Assembly: GCA_964485605.1 (NCBI GenBank)
Contig: CAZALQ010000001.1
Coordinates: 604-64,603, forward strand
Source: an uncultured Oscillospiraceae bacterium
Lineage (GTDB): Bacteria; Bacillota; Clostridia; Peptostreptococcales; Anaerovoracaceae
Reading direction: 5' to 3'
DNA length: 64,000 nucleotides
Shown here: in pieces, positions 53,347 to 62,361 of the stretch
Layout: each line of letters starts with the position of its first letter
Position numbering within the stretch: the first letter of the stretch is position 1
Program-made: the position numbers and the translations under genes
The notes under the pieces: generated by a model
What the model was told of the DNA's origin: nothing
The model's input: the letters and a program-made list of their open reading frames with translations, nothing else
The model's database searches: none

Positions 53347-55275
53347 ATGACTTGGATATTGGAAGAAATAGTAGAAGTAGTGCTAAAGTGGATCGTAGAT
53401 ATCATGAATGTTCTTTTATCTGCATTTACTTCAGTAAACTTCGATATAGGGTATTCTCCAGAAGAAGGTGTCACTGGATTCTTTGACCAGGTTTTTCCCA
53501 TGGGAGACTGGCCACAAGTTTTTCTTGTCATGGGAGCAGGGATTGCTGTAGTCATTGCTTTAATAAAATGGTTTCAGGTTTTGATGCCATCAGTTGATAA
53601 TGACAGAGAATTGATGAGTCCAATGAAGACGGCTTCAAATCTTGCGGTTTCTCTAATTTTGGTAGTTTCCTCGTATCCCTTGTTCATTTTATTTGAAACT
53701 GCAATCAAAAATGCATGCCAGGAACTTGGAATAGTTATGGGGTTTAGCAGTGATGAGGTAACGATAGCAAGCGGTTGGGAAACTTCCATGTTTGCCGATA
53801 CGTATGGGGACCACATGGGGATAGCGAAGACTATCATAGTTCTTACATTTATGTTTGCTCTTCTTACACAGTTCATCAGAATGCTTTTTGAGTTTTACTC
53901 AAGATACATCCTTTTAGGGGCATTCTTCTATTTAGCACCACTTGGATGCGCAACCTACGTTACTAAAGGACAAAGCAGGGCATTTTCAAGCTATATCCAG
54001 TCAATTATGTCGACATCGCTGCTCATGATACTGGATCTGTTTTTCCTCAAGATTTTTGTAACAGGATTTGGGAAGGTGTTTTCTGCAAATTACTCGTTCC
54101 CGGCATTTGTTTCGACCGAATACGAGGTAATTGAATATGAGAGCCAAGCATATTTTGCAAATCTTTCGGACTTTATTATAAAGATGGCCCTACTTATAGG
54201 ATGGCTTTATATAGGCACAAATGTGGATAAGTATGTAAGAGAACTTGGCATTGCAACCCCTCAGTCTGGAGGCGGACTTGGGGGCTCGATTCTAGGTGGT
54301 GTGGCGGGAACTGCCACAGTCGCAAGATTGGTAGAAAGGGGAGTGTCGGCGGCTGCAAGGCTTGGGGGCCGTATAAGCAGCGGAGTCAAATCCAACAAAA
54401 TTGATTCAGAAGTTTCTTCCGGAATGAAGGGAGATCCAGCGAGTATGACGCTTCCAAAAGATTCTGTTTCTTCAAATCCTGCCAATAGAAATCCGGAAAC
54501 AGGAGAACTTAAGCCTGAAGCAAAATATTCTTTCATGGGTCCCGATAGTTCCTTAAGAGGACAGGAGGCAAGAGGAAAGGATGCAGTAGATCTTGCAAAA
54601 TATACAGGGACAGATCTACATTCAGATGCAATCAAGAATCAGCTAAGTGGTTCAGAAATGTCAAATACTGTTGCATCGGATGGAAAAGTAGAATTTAGAG
54701 ATATGGAAAATCAAGCAGTTGCGGCTATATACAACGAGAGCTGGACACCTGCAGATGGAGGCGGATCCATAAGGACCGGCATCAGCGAGCATGGAGATCC
54801 TTATTATATGGCTGCGACAAAAGAGATGATCCAAGATGATGTAAAGATGAACCTTGACTGGATCAATGACGCAAGGCAGACTCTCGGAATCTCAAGAGAT
54901 GCTGTCCTTACTGCGCAGACAGATAGCGAAGGCCAGTATACAGGCAACATTATACAGCTCGACAAGGGTGGCAACGTAGAAAGAGTCTTTTGCAATTCAG
55001 GGTATTCGGCGCTCAGTGAATATAAGGGCATAGAGGATATATCCGTAGTATCTATGGGTGAAACGAGAAACGGAGCCTCACTAGAGATGATCATACCAAG
55101 TCCGGAGAAAGAATTCGATGAAGGTAGTCTCAGAACAAGGATAGCAGCCAATGCATATGATATTGTCGAGAGATATTCTGCACAGGACTATGCGGGCTCC
55201 AAGGATCTTCAAAGTTCCATGAGAAAAAACATAAAATCACAAAACCCCGGAATCGGTAATAGAAATAAGAAGTAA
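53347..55275 (+). CDS. VirB6/TrbL-like polytopic membrane protein with long soluble C-terminal region
   Basis: About 6 TM helices in the first 300 aa, then a Gly-rich segment (GGGLGGSILGGVAG) and a hydrophilic tail. Confidence 0.55.
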   Translation: MTWILEEIVEVVLKWIVDIMNVLLSAFTSVNFDIGYSPEEGVTGFFDQVFPMGDWPQVFLVMGAGIAVVIALIKWFQVLMPSVDNDRELMSPMKTASNLAVSLILVVSSYPLFILFETAIKNACQELGIVMGFSSDEVTIASGWETSMFADTYGDHMGIAKTIIVLTFMFALLTQFIRMLFEFYSRYILLGAFFYLAPLGCATYVTKGQSRAFSSYIQSIMSTSLLMILDLFFLKIFVTGFGKVFSANYSFPAFVSTEYEVIEYESQAYFANLSDFIIKMALLIGWLYIGTNVDKYVRELGIATPQSGGGLGGSILGGVAGTATVARLVERGVSAAARLGGRISSGVKSNKIDSEVSSGMKGDPASMTLPKDSVSSNPANRNPETGELKPEAKYSFMGPDSSLRGQEARGKDAVDLAKYTGTDLHSDAIKNQLSGSEMSNTVASDGKVEFRDMENQAVAAIYNESWTPADGGGSIRTGISEHGDPYYMAATKEMIQDDVKMNLDWINDARQTLGISRDAVLTAQTDSEGQYTGNIIQLDKGGNVERVFCNSGYSALSEYKGIEDISVVSMGETRNGASLEMIIPSPEKEFDEGSLRTRIAANAYDIVERYSAQDYAGSKDLQSSMRKNIKSQNPGIGNRNKK

Positions 55276-55322
55276 GTAGAAATAAAAAAACAGATTTAAC
55301 AAAGGAAAGGAGGGAGATGTAT

Positions 55323-57317
55323 ATGCCGGATGACAAAATGTATGGATCGGTAGAAGAAGGCGAAAGATCTGCAAAAAAAGTATTATCAGGTATAGGAAAC
55401 GCAACAGGAAGCGTTTTGAAATCATTGATCCCTCCCAAGTACTTCGCAATTTTTATTGGTGTGATTGCTCTGTTTCTCCTTGTAGTCATAGTTGCTCAGA
55501 CAGCAAACGGCGTTCTTGGGGGATCGATCCCTATTATACCAAGAGGAGTAAGGGTAGAGAAGTTAAGTGGCCTTATTACAGATAAGAATACCTCAATCAA
55601 TAATATAGAGGAGCTCACCTCAGTTATAAGAGCAAGGCAAAAGAAAGATTATGATGCTTGCATAGAAGAACTGAGAAGGATCTGTTATATAAATGATCTT
55701 GATTTCGATATGTCAATGAGCTTTCTTAACACCGAGACAGTGATCACCTATGCAGATGAAGCAGACCAGAACTTAGACGATGTAATAGAAGAGGTAAAGA
55801 TCCCTGATGCACTGAATGAGCAGAAGAGAAATATATGTGCAAGGCCTCAGGAAGATTATCCGGTACATAGCGATATAACAAAGGTCCCTAACAGGTTTTC
55901 AAAAACGACAAGAGGACTTTTTATCTTTGCCACAGGAGTGTCATCAAGTGCAGACTATATAGCGGCCATGCCTTCCTATTTTGGCCCTGTTGGAAGCAGA
56001 TTCAAAATTACCGATTCGGAAGGAAACTCTGTAACGATTCTAAAGGGTTCTAATATAGCTGACGAGAAGACTTACAACGGTCTTGGCAGATATGCGTCAG
56101 AAGATGCGATCTTCTATCTCATTGGAACAGAAGATATGTGGCCTTCATATCGTAGCAGTGTGAATTACATTCTAGGCATTAAAAATATAGATAAGATAGA
56201 AAGGCTCCATTCTCAGTTCTCATCTGTAACAGTTATCCAGTCAGGATCAGATCTTAAGCTCTTGTCCGCATTCTCTGTATCTATAGGTAACGGGCAGCTG
56301 ACAAGAGAAGACACACCGATAACGGTTCCGCCAGAACCGGGTCCAACGCCAGGGGTTTATTATTATCCGATAGGCGCTTATGAAAAGTCGGTTTTTTATA
56401 ACAACAAAGGAGAAGAAGTTAAAGGCCTCGTTATTAACAACGGAGGAATTAATTATATAAAGACATTAGAAAACAAACTTGCTGCATATAAGGGAGCCTT
56501 TTATTCGCTCGATTATGATAGGGACGGTAATGAGGTTCATGTCTACGAGCATATAGAATATGAGACCGTCTATACGGAAGTCTGGGACGAGGCTAGAGAA
56601 CGCTACTATACCAAGATAGAACAGATAGAGCATATTACAAAATACTGCAATCCGGTTCTTAAAGAAAGAAGCTTCTATTCAGTCGCACTTGAGGCATTTG
56701 AGCTTAACCTTAACGATATCTACGTAAACTCCTGTCAATGGGAAGAAGTAGAAGAAGGAAATACAAAGAAGATGGTCCCTGTTGGGACTGACTATATAAC
56801 TAACCTTGACGCAGTCAACCAGATGACGAGAACGACCTCCGCGCTTTTATATAATTCAGGAATTGGAAGTGGAGTCATAATTAATTCTGATTTTTCCGGG
56901 GCATTTGAGTGGCCAATGCCAACAAGTAGATATGTCACATGTCCTTTTGGTTATAGGACAGGACTTTATGCAGGGTTTCATAATGCCATAGATATAAGCT
57001 GCCCTGCCGGATCACAGGTAGTGTCACCGGAGGCTGGTATAGTCATATCTACAGGATACGACTATGCCGGAGGTAACTTTATGTATATACAGTTTGACAA
57101 CGGATGGGCAGCAGAGTTTATGCATCTTTCTTCTTTCGTGGCCCATGAGGGACAAAGGGTGCAAAGAGGAGAAGTTGTAGCTCTTTCGGGAAACACGGGA
57201 GCCTGGACAACTGGAGCACATCTTCATTTCATGCTCTGGGACCCGGTCCTTAAAAACTGGACGGATCCACTGCCTTATGTAGTAAAAAACGAGTCAGAGA
57301 TCATAAGATTATATTAA
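55323..57317 (+). CDS. Membrane-anchored cell-wall hydrolase with C-terminal M23 peptidase domain
   Basis: HNAIDISCPAGSQV and GNTGAWTTGAHLHFML match M23 motifs (HxxxD, HxH). One N-terminal TM. An alternative ATG lies at 55317. Confidence 0.8.
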   Translation: MPDDKMYGSVEEGERSAKKVLSGIGNATGSVLKSLIPPKYFAIFIGVIALFLLVVIVAQTANGVLGGSIPIIPRGVRVEKLSGLITDKNTSINNIEELTSVIRARQKKDYDACIEELRRICYINDLDFDMSMSFLNTETVITYADEADQNLDDVIEEVKIPDALNEQKRNICARPQEDYPVHSDITKVPNRFSKTTRGLFIFATGVSSSADYIAAMPSYFGPVGSRFKITDSEGNSVTILKGSNIADEKTYNGLGRYASEDAIFYLIGTEDMWPSYRSSVNYILGIKNIDKIERLHSQFSSVTVIQSGSDLKLLSAFSVSIGNGQLTREDTPITVPPEPGPTPGVYYYPIGAYEKSVFYNNKGEEVKGLVINNGGINYIKTLENKLAAYKGAFYSLDYDRDGNEVHVYEHIEYETVYTEVWDEARERYYTKIEQIEHITKYCNPVLKERSFYSVALEAFELNLNDIYVNSCQWEEVEEGNTKKMVPVGTDYITNLDAVNQMTRTTSALLYNSGIGSGVIINSDFSGAFEWPMPTSRYVTCPFGYRTGLYAGFHNAIDISCPAGSQVVSPEAGIVISTGYDYAGGNFMYIQFDNGWAAEFMHLSSFVAHEGQRVQRGEVVALSGNTGAWTTGAHLHFMLWDPVLKNWTDPLPYVVKNESEIIRLY

Positions 57318-57331
57318 GAGAGGAAATATAG

Positions 57332-57670
57332 ATGAAACGGGATTTCAGTTATCCGATATTTCAAAATATCGAAAGTGGAGGCGGTCTTTTTGGAGGCAGA
57401 ATCAAAACAAGAAACGCTATCGAGGCTCTTTTGGCATTCATTCTTGCGTTCTTTATTTTAAAAAAAGTTTTGTTTTTCCTTTCGGATAAACTATCTGTTG
57501 TTGTTGCTTTCGTCATGGCTTTTGCTGCTGCAATATTCTTTGTTGCAGGCATAGATGGAAGATCCATAACAGAGCACCTTATGCTTAAATTCAGGTACAG
57601 GTCACACAAAGGTAAATATTCACTAGGCATGCCTGTATTAGATGAGGAGGAAAATGATGAGAAAGAATAG
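57332..57670 (+). CDS. Small two-TM protein (PrgI/VirB3-like, tentative)
   Basis: 112 aa with two adjacent TM helices. Located in the T4SS operon. Confidence 0.45.
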   Translation: MKRDFSYPIFQNIESGGGLFGGRIKTRNAIEALLAFILAFFILKKVLFFLSDKLSVVVAFVMAFAAAIFFVAGIDGRSITEHLMLKFRYRSHKGKYSLGMPVLDEEENDEKE

Positions 57671-58577
57671 ATTGTCTTATTTGTTCTCGCTTTTACTGGT
57701 TATAGCCATGCTTTTAGGAATGCTTACTTCATGTGGATCATCTCGCAAAGTTGTAGATCTGGGACCATATGTGATAATACACTCAGAATATGATCGCTGG
57801 GGACCGGCAGAAGGATATCCCGTTGAAGGGTATGCAGAGGAGTATCCAGGAATTATGATTGCAGATCTTCAAAAGAGTCTAGGCGGGGAGGAATGGATTA
57901 AGAAGATCATCAAAAAGGCGGAAAAAAAGACAGGTTATAAGTATGACATAGAATATCCAAGCCTTGGGAATTTTTATGACGTGATCATCGAGATAGAAGG
58001 AAGAGGATCAGTAGTTAGTATTGAGAATTTTCATGAGATAGAAGGAAAAAGGGCGGAAACAGATGGAGTAAATGTTTTTACGAGGGCATATAACGGTGAT
58101 GTTATAACGGTAAAACTAACAGAGGATAATGATTTCGAAGCATATGAAACCGACAAACAAGTAAAGGCTTTTTATGATGAAGTCTGGGATCTGATTGGTG
58201 TCGAGTTTATACCATACTCATACACAGTTAATAATTATTATTCTCCTGTGAATTCAGTCGATGTGCTACCCAATAATATTGCAGAATATGCAAAGGAATA
58301 TATAGAAAAGGAAACAGAATGCAGTCGGTTTGATGTTTCAGGAATATATGCACCTAAATATGGAGAAGAGCTGAGATCTATGTGTGTGTTGGGCACATAT
58401 ATTAATTCATCAGGAGAAGAGATAAATAAATCGTTTATTCTTTATGAAATTTTTTGTACAGAAGGCGTCGGATTGTGTGCTGATGAAATCAAGGAGGATT
58501 ACCTCAGTTACGATGCCAGATTATATAATGTCAAAGAATATGCACCAGAAGGATACTGGGTCATCTATGAGAAGTAA
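57654..58577 (+). CDS. Lipoprotein
   Basis: The signal peptide ends in the lipobox LGMLTSCGSS. The exact start is ambiguous (57642, 57654 or 57657). Confidence 0.6.
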   Translation: MMRKNRLSYLFSLLLVIAMLLGMLTSCGSSRKVVDLGPYVIIHSEYDRWGPAEGYPVEGYAEEYPGIMIADLQKSLGGEEWIKKIIKKAEKKTGYKYDIEYPSLGNFYDVIIEIEGRGSVVSIENFHEIEGKRAETDGVNVFTRAYNGDVITVKLTEDNDFEAYETDKQVKAFYDEVWDLIGVEFIPYSYTVNNYYSPVNSVDVLPNNIAEYAKEYIEKETECSRFDVSGIYAPKYGEELRSMCVLGTYINSSGEEINKSFILYEIFCTEGVGLCADEIKEDYLSYDARLYNVKEYAPEGYWVIYEK

Positions 58578-58589
58578 AGGAGCGGATTT

Positions 58590-59402
58590 GTGAAAAGAGT
58601 TTTGTCTGTTTTTTTAATTATCGCTAGCTGCATTGTCTTTAGCTCCTGTGGAAAGAAGGAACCTGTCATCTCCGATGACGGGTCTATGCTGTATCTTACA
58701 TCAGAGCAGGTAGGCCAATACGACCTTAAAGGACGCGAAGGGTTCTTTGTTCTTAACGAAGACCTTACCTTCACCCCGCTTGCATCAGCCTTTTCCGGCT
58801 TTTCAAGGATCGCAAAGGAATCGGATCCAACAAGGTACCTTTGGTATACAGATAACAGCATAAATGTATCATCCCTTATTCCAGTTCTGTCTGGAAGCAA
58901 AAAACTTGTTATCCTTGGGAACTCGTCAAACACAGTGCCTCAGACTGTAACTCTTGAGAAGTATTCCTTTCTAGGGCCTACAGTAGGGATGCATATTTTT
59001 ACTGACACAGCAGGAAAGATGTATATTATACCGTCTGATCCACTTAGCACTTCAGATGCGGCAAAGATTCAAGGATATAGTTCCGAACGATCTTATACGG
59101 TTTTATCTATAAACGGATCTGAAAAACTACCACTTGAAAATGTAGATAATAATCTTGAAATGATACTTGGCTTGGATGAAGGGAAGCATTATATTTTTGA
59201 CTTCTATATAGGAACTAAGTATCAGACGATTACCGTAAAGGCTGACGCGAAGGTCTTCCAGTCAGCGGAAGTAAATCTACTTGATAATCCGTATACTATG
59301 ACAAAGGACGGATACTTTATCATTAACCTTCCTGACAATCTGGAAGAAGGCTACTACTTTGTAAACAGTTCAGGACTATTCTACTATAAGGGAGGCAATT
59401 AA
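58590..59402 (+). CDS. Lipoprotein
   Basis: GTG start after aaggag. Lipobox VFSSCGKK. Confidence 0.6.
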   Translation: MKRVLSVFLIIASCIVFSSCGKKEPVISDDGSMLYLTSEQVGQYDLKGREGFFVLNEDLTFTPLASAFSGFSRIAKESDPTRYLWYTDNSINVSSLIPVLSGSKKLVILGNSSNTVPQTVTLEKYSFLGPTVGMHIFTDTAGKMYIIPSDPLSTSDAAKIQGYSSERSYTVLSINGSEKLPLENVDNNLEMILGLDEGKHYIFDFYIGTKYQTITVKADAKVFQSAEVNLLDNPYTMTKDGYFIINLPDNLEEGYYFVNSSGLFYYKGGN

Positions 59403-59403
59403 T

Positions 59404-60054
59404 ATGGGAATCACGATAAACGATATTAAAAGAAGCAAAGGTATTATCCCAAAACAAGAGGACAATGAACCTATCCCCGGGCAAATCGAAATCAAGCCTA
59501 AAAGACCTAATGTGTTCTCAGAGTTCATGGTCGAGCCTGTAGTCCTGCAAAATATTGAAGATGCAGATTCCTTTATTGCTGAGGATGAAGATTTAGAACC
59601 GGAGATTACTGACGAGAATGACAAAAGCATTGCAGCTGAGGTGGTTTTTAAAGATGTTTTGGAATCTGGTTCAAAGGATGAACCTTCGGAAAGCAAAGTG
59701 CCTGAAGAACGCGTGATGGTCCCGAGGAAACCAAAGAAACTTGAGAAAAAACATCATGAACCTAAAGGTATTACACCAGCTGGAAAAGGCCTAACTTCTG
59801 TACTTGGTGGTGCTAAATTAGATGTAAATGAAGCAGAGTATGAAGGTGTTCTCTTTGATGAAGAAGACAGAGAAGAGGATCTGGGCGTTTTTGATTCTCT
59901 TCCAAGAAAAACTATAAATAAAGATGAACAGACCGCCGACTTTGGGGTTCTTCCGTTTTTGTCTCTTGACGAGGGAGTGCAGGAAGTACACTTCAAACTG
60001 GGCATCTACGAAATATCCGGATTCCTAAAAGTAGAAAAGAAATACGAAAAGTAA
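59404..60054 (+). CDS. Hypothetical acidic 216-aa protein
   Basis: RBS agggagg. Begins 1 nt after the upstream stop. Confidence 0.55.
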   Translation: MGITINDIKRSKGIIPKQEDNEPIPGQIEIKPKRPNVFSEFMVEPVVLQNIEDADSFIAEDEDLEPEITDENDKSIAAEVVFKDVLESGSKDEPSESKVPEERVMVPRKPKKLEKKHHEPKGITPAGKGLTSVLGGAKLDVNEAEYEGVLFDEEDREEDLGVFDSLPRKTINKDEQTADFGVLPFLSLDEGVQEVHFKLGIYEISGFLKVEKKYEK

Positions 60055-60285
60055 CAACAATTATCTGATATTAAAAATTTTACAGATTTAGGGATACATT
60101 TATTAAATATATGCATATAAAACATAATGGGAATAAGATGTTAAATATAACATCATTTTAGGCGATATAGATAACATTCGAGTATATAAATATCATATTT
60201 GGAGATGACTATAAAAACCAAACCGGGGTATTGCTAAATTAGAAAATAACTATTCATTTGTGACAGACAAGGGGAAGTGAGATAC

Positions 60286-62310
60286 ATGCCGAAAAAGAAA
60301 AAGATAGAAACTGAAGAAGTAAAAAAAATCGAAGAAGCTGTAGCAGCCGGATCCGAAGAAAAGATCACCCCTGAAGAGGTTGTAAAACCTGAATCTACAG
60401 ATAACATCACTGAGTCAGAAAACACAGATAAGACCGAAGAGATTTTATCTACAGATTCAAAGATTGAGCGTTCCTATGAGCCCGCCCAGGCGCCAGAAGA
60501 TCATGAACCAGAAGAAAAGATGACTGAAGAAGTAAGCAGTGACACATCTGAGAATGCTACAGAGGAATCAGAAGATAGCGCGGAAGAGCCTCCAAAGAAG
60601 AAGGGCAAAGGCTGGATAATTCTTCTCATACTTTTGCTTGTCTTAGGAGCTGGTGGCTACTACGCATATACTCAAGGGTATCTTGATAAGTGGCTAAATC
60701 CTGATGCAAGTACACCTGAGGAAGTCTGCACCGATATGGCCAAGGAGCTTCTTGAGGCAAAAACGCTTGAGGAATACCTGGAACTTGGAAAGAACTCGCC
60801 TCTTGAGACAAGAGCTAACTGGTTCTACAAAGAAGAAGCAAAGAACAGTAAGCTCGACGCATACAAAGATATCATCGATGTCACATCCGAAAAGCTTAAG
60901 TATAAGGTCGGAGCAGCAACTCTTTCAGAAGACGGAAAGAGGGTAACGGTTTCCTTTACCATTACAGGTAAGAACTTAGAACATGTACCCATCGATGCTG
61001 CAGCGACAGTTGAGATGGCTATCAAGGCAAGGGAGACCCTAAACGGCCTTAGGTCTTCTTTGGGAGCTTCTGTCATTAACTTCAACAGCAGCCTGCCGGA
61101 CAAAGACAAAGAAGAAAAGAGCATTACTGCAGCAGATCTTCTTACGAAGGAGGTGCTGCAGAGGGCTATAGAAAATGTCGATGACATTCTTACAGGTAAA
61201 GTAAACGAAGGCAAGGCCGATAAGGATAAGATCACTCTCACAGAAGAAGAGCAGGAAAGCTATGCACAGAGAAAAGCTTACCTGGAAGCACTTCTTATAG
61301 ATGCTGATGCCGTTTCAGTTCTTACAGGTGAGACAGAAAGCATCCGCCTTTCCGATAAAGAGATCGAAGATCTTTATTTCAAAGCTCTCCTTGAGGAAGT
61401 CAAGAAACAAATAAAAAAAGCTGACGATCTTAAGGCTGAAGTCAATATGTATTTCGAGCAGGATACTGAAGGACAGTGGCAGTTTGCCGGCATGGATACC
61501 ATTGACTACAGCAAGGTATTCTTTGCGAATCTCCTTGGTGGATCCGAAATGGAAAGAGAAAGGGTCAAAGGCTTTGCAGGTGATTCGGATGTAACAGAGT
61601 TTACCGAGGACATCAAGGGAAGCATCCCTGACCTTCTTCTTGCAGCCAAAGCTCAGCTCGACGAGGAAAAGGCAAAAGAGAAGGAGAAAGAAAATCAGGG
61701 TGATGAGAACCAGGGCGGTACCACACCGGGCGGAAATACTAATCCTGGAGGCTCAGGAGGTCCAAGCGGATCTGGTGGCTCCGGCGGAAGTGGAGGTTCC
61801 GGCGGTTCCGGCGGATCATCCGGTGGCTCAGGTGGAAGCGGCGGCTCAGGCGGTTCCGGTGGTTCCGGAGGTAGCGGTGGATCCGGTGGAGGAGGCGGAG
61901 GAAGTACAACTCCAACACCACCCCCACAGCCGGTACATACTCATACATGGGACCCGTATATCGTATCAGTATCTCATCCCGGTGTAGGACACTATGAGAA
62001 CAGAATGACCCAGCAGGCTTGGGACGAGCCGATATATGGTGAAAAAGTAAAATGTAATGCATGCGGAGAGTTATTTAATACAAGTACGGAGGCTGCACAC
62101 CACTGTGTAGATGCTCATGGTGGCGGGAATTACTCCGTTGTATGGGTCGTCATCGACTACACTCATCACGATGCGGTCTACGAAGACGTCTGGGTTTGGG
62201 ATCAGGAACCGTATAACGAAGATGTGATCAAGTATTACAAGTGCACAGGCTGCGGAATGTACAGCTACGACAAGATAACAGCGTACTATTCCTGGGAATT
62301 TGGTTTTTAA
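60286..62310 (+). CDS. Membrane-anchored protein: acidic N-tail, one TM, helical ectodomain, Gly/Ser linker, Cys/His-rich C-terminal domain
   Basis: The ATG at 60286 follows ggggaag. TM segment GWIILLILLLVLGAGGYYAY. Also CNACGELFNTSTEAAHHCVDAH and CTGCG. Confidence 0.65.
   Translation: MPKKKKIETEEVKKIEEAVAAGSEEKITPEEVVKPESTDNITESENTDKTEEILSTDSKIERSYEPAQAPEDHEPEEKMTEEVSSDTSENATEESEDSAEEPPKKKGKGWIILLILLLVLGAGGYYAYTQGYLDKWLNPDASTPEEVCTDMAKELLEAKTLEEYLELGKNSPLETRANWFYKEEAKNSKLDAYKDIIDVTSEKLKYKVGAATLSEDGKRVTVSFTITGKNLEHVPIDAAATVEMAIKARETLNGLRSSLGASVINFNSSLPDKDKEEKSITAADLLTKEVLQRAIENVDDILTGKVNEGKADKDKITLTEEEQESYAQRKAYLEALLIDADAVSVLTGETESIRLSDKEIEDLYFKALLEEVKKQIKKADDLKAEVNMYFEQDTEGQWQFAGMDTIDYSKVFFANLLGGSEMERERVKGFAGDSDVTEFTEDIKGSIPDLLLAAKAQLDEEKAKEKEKENQGDENQGGTTPGGNTNPGGSGGPSGSGGSGGSGGSGGSGGSSGGSGGSGGSGGSGGSGGSGGSGGGGGGSTTPTPPPQPVHTHTWDPYIVSVSHPGVGHYENRMTQQAWDEPIYGEKVKCNACGELFNTSTEAAHHCVDAHGGGNYSVVWVVIDYTHHDAVYEDVWVWDQEPYNEDVIKYYKCTGCGMYSYDKITAYYSWEFGF
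61747..61905 (+). repeat. In-frame tandem GGx/AGy repeat encoding a 53-residue Gly/Ser linker
   Basis: Encodes GGSGGPSGSGGSGGSGGSGGSGGSSGGSGGSGGSGGSGGSGGSGGSGGGGGGS from imperfect 9/18-nt DNA repeats. Confidence 0.85.
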
Positions 62311-62361
62311 TTATTTAACATACACCAACTAATCACACACATTAAGCAAAGGAAGGAAAAG

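Noticed and set aside
61640-62062. ORFs 61640-61987 (+) and 61739-62062 (-) over the Gly/Ser repeat
   Set aside because: These are alternative frames of the GGx tandem repeat, giving Pro/Ala/Val/Glu or Arg/His-rich nonsense. The frame continuous with the 60286 ORF is the coding one.
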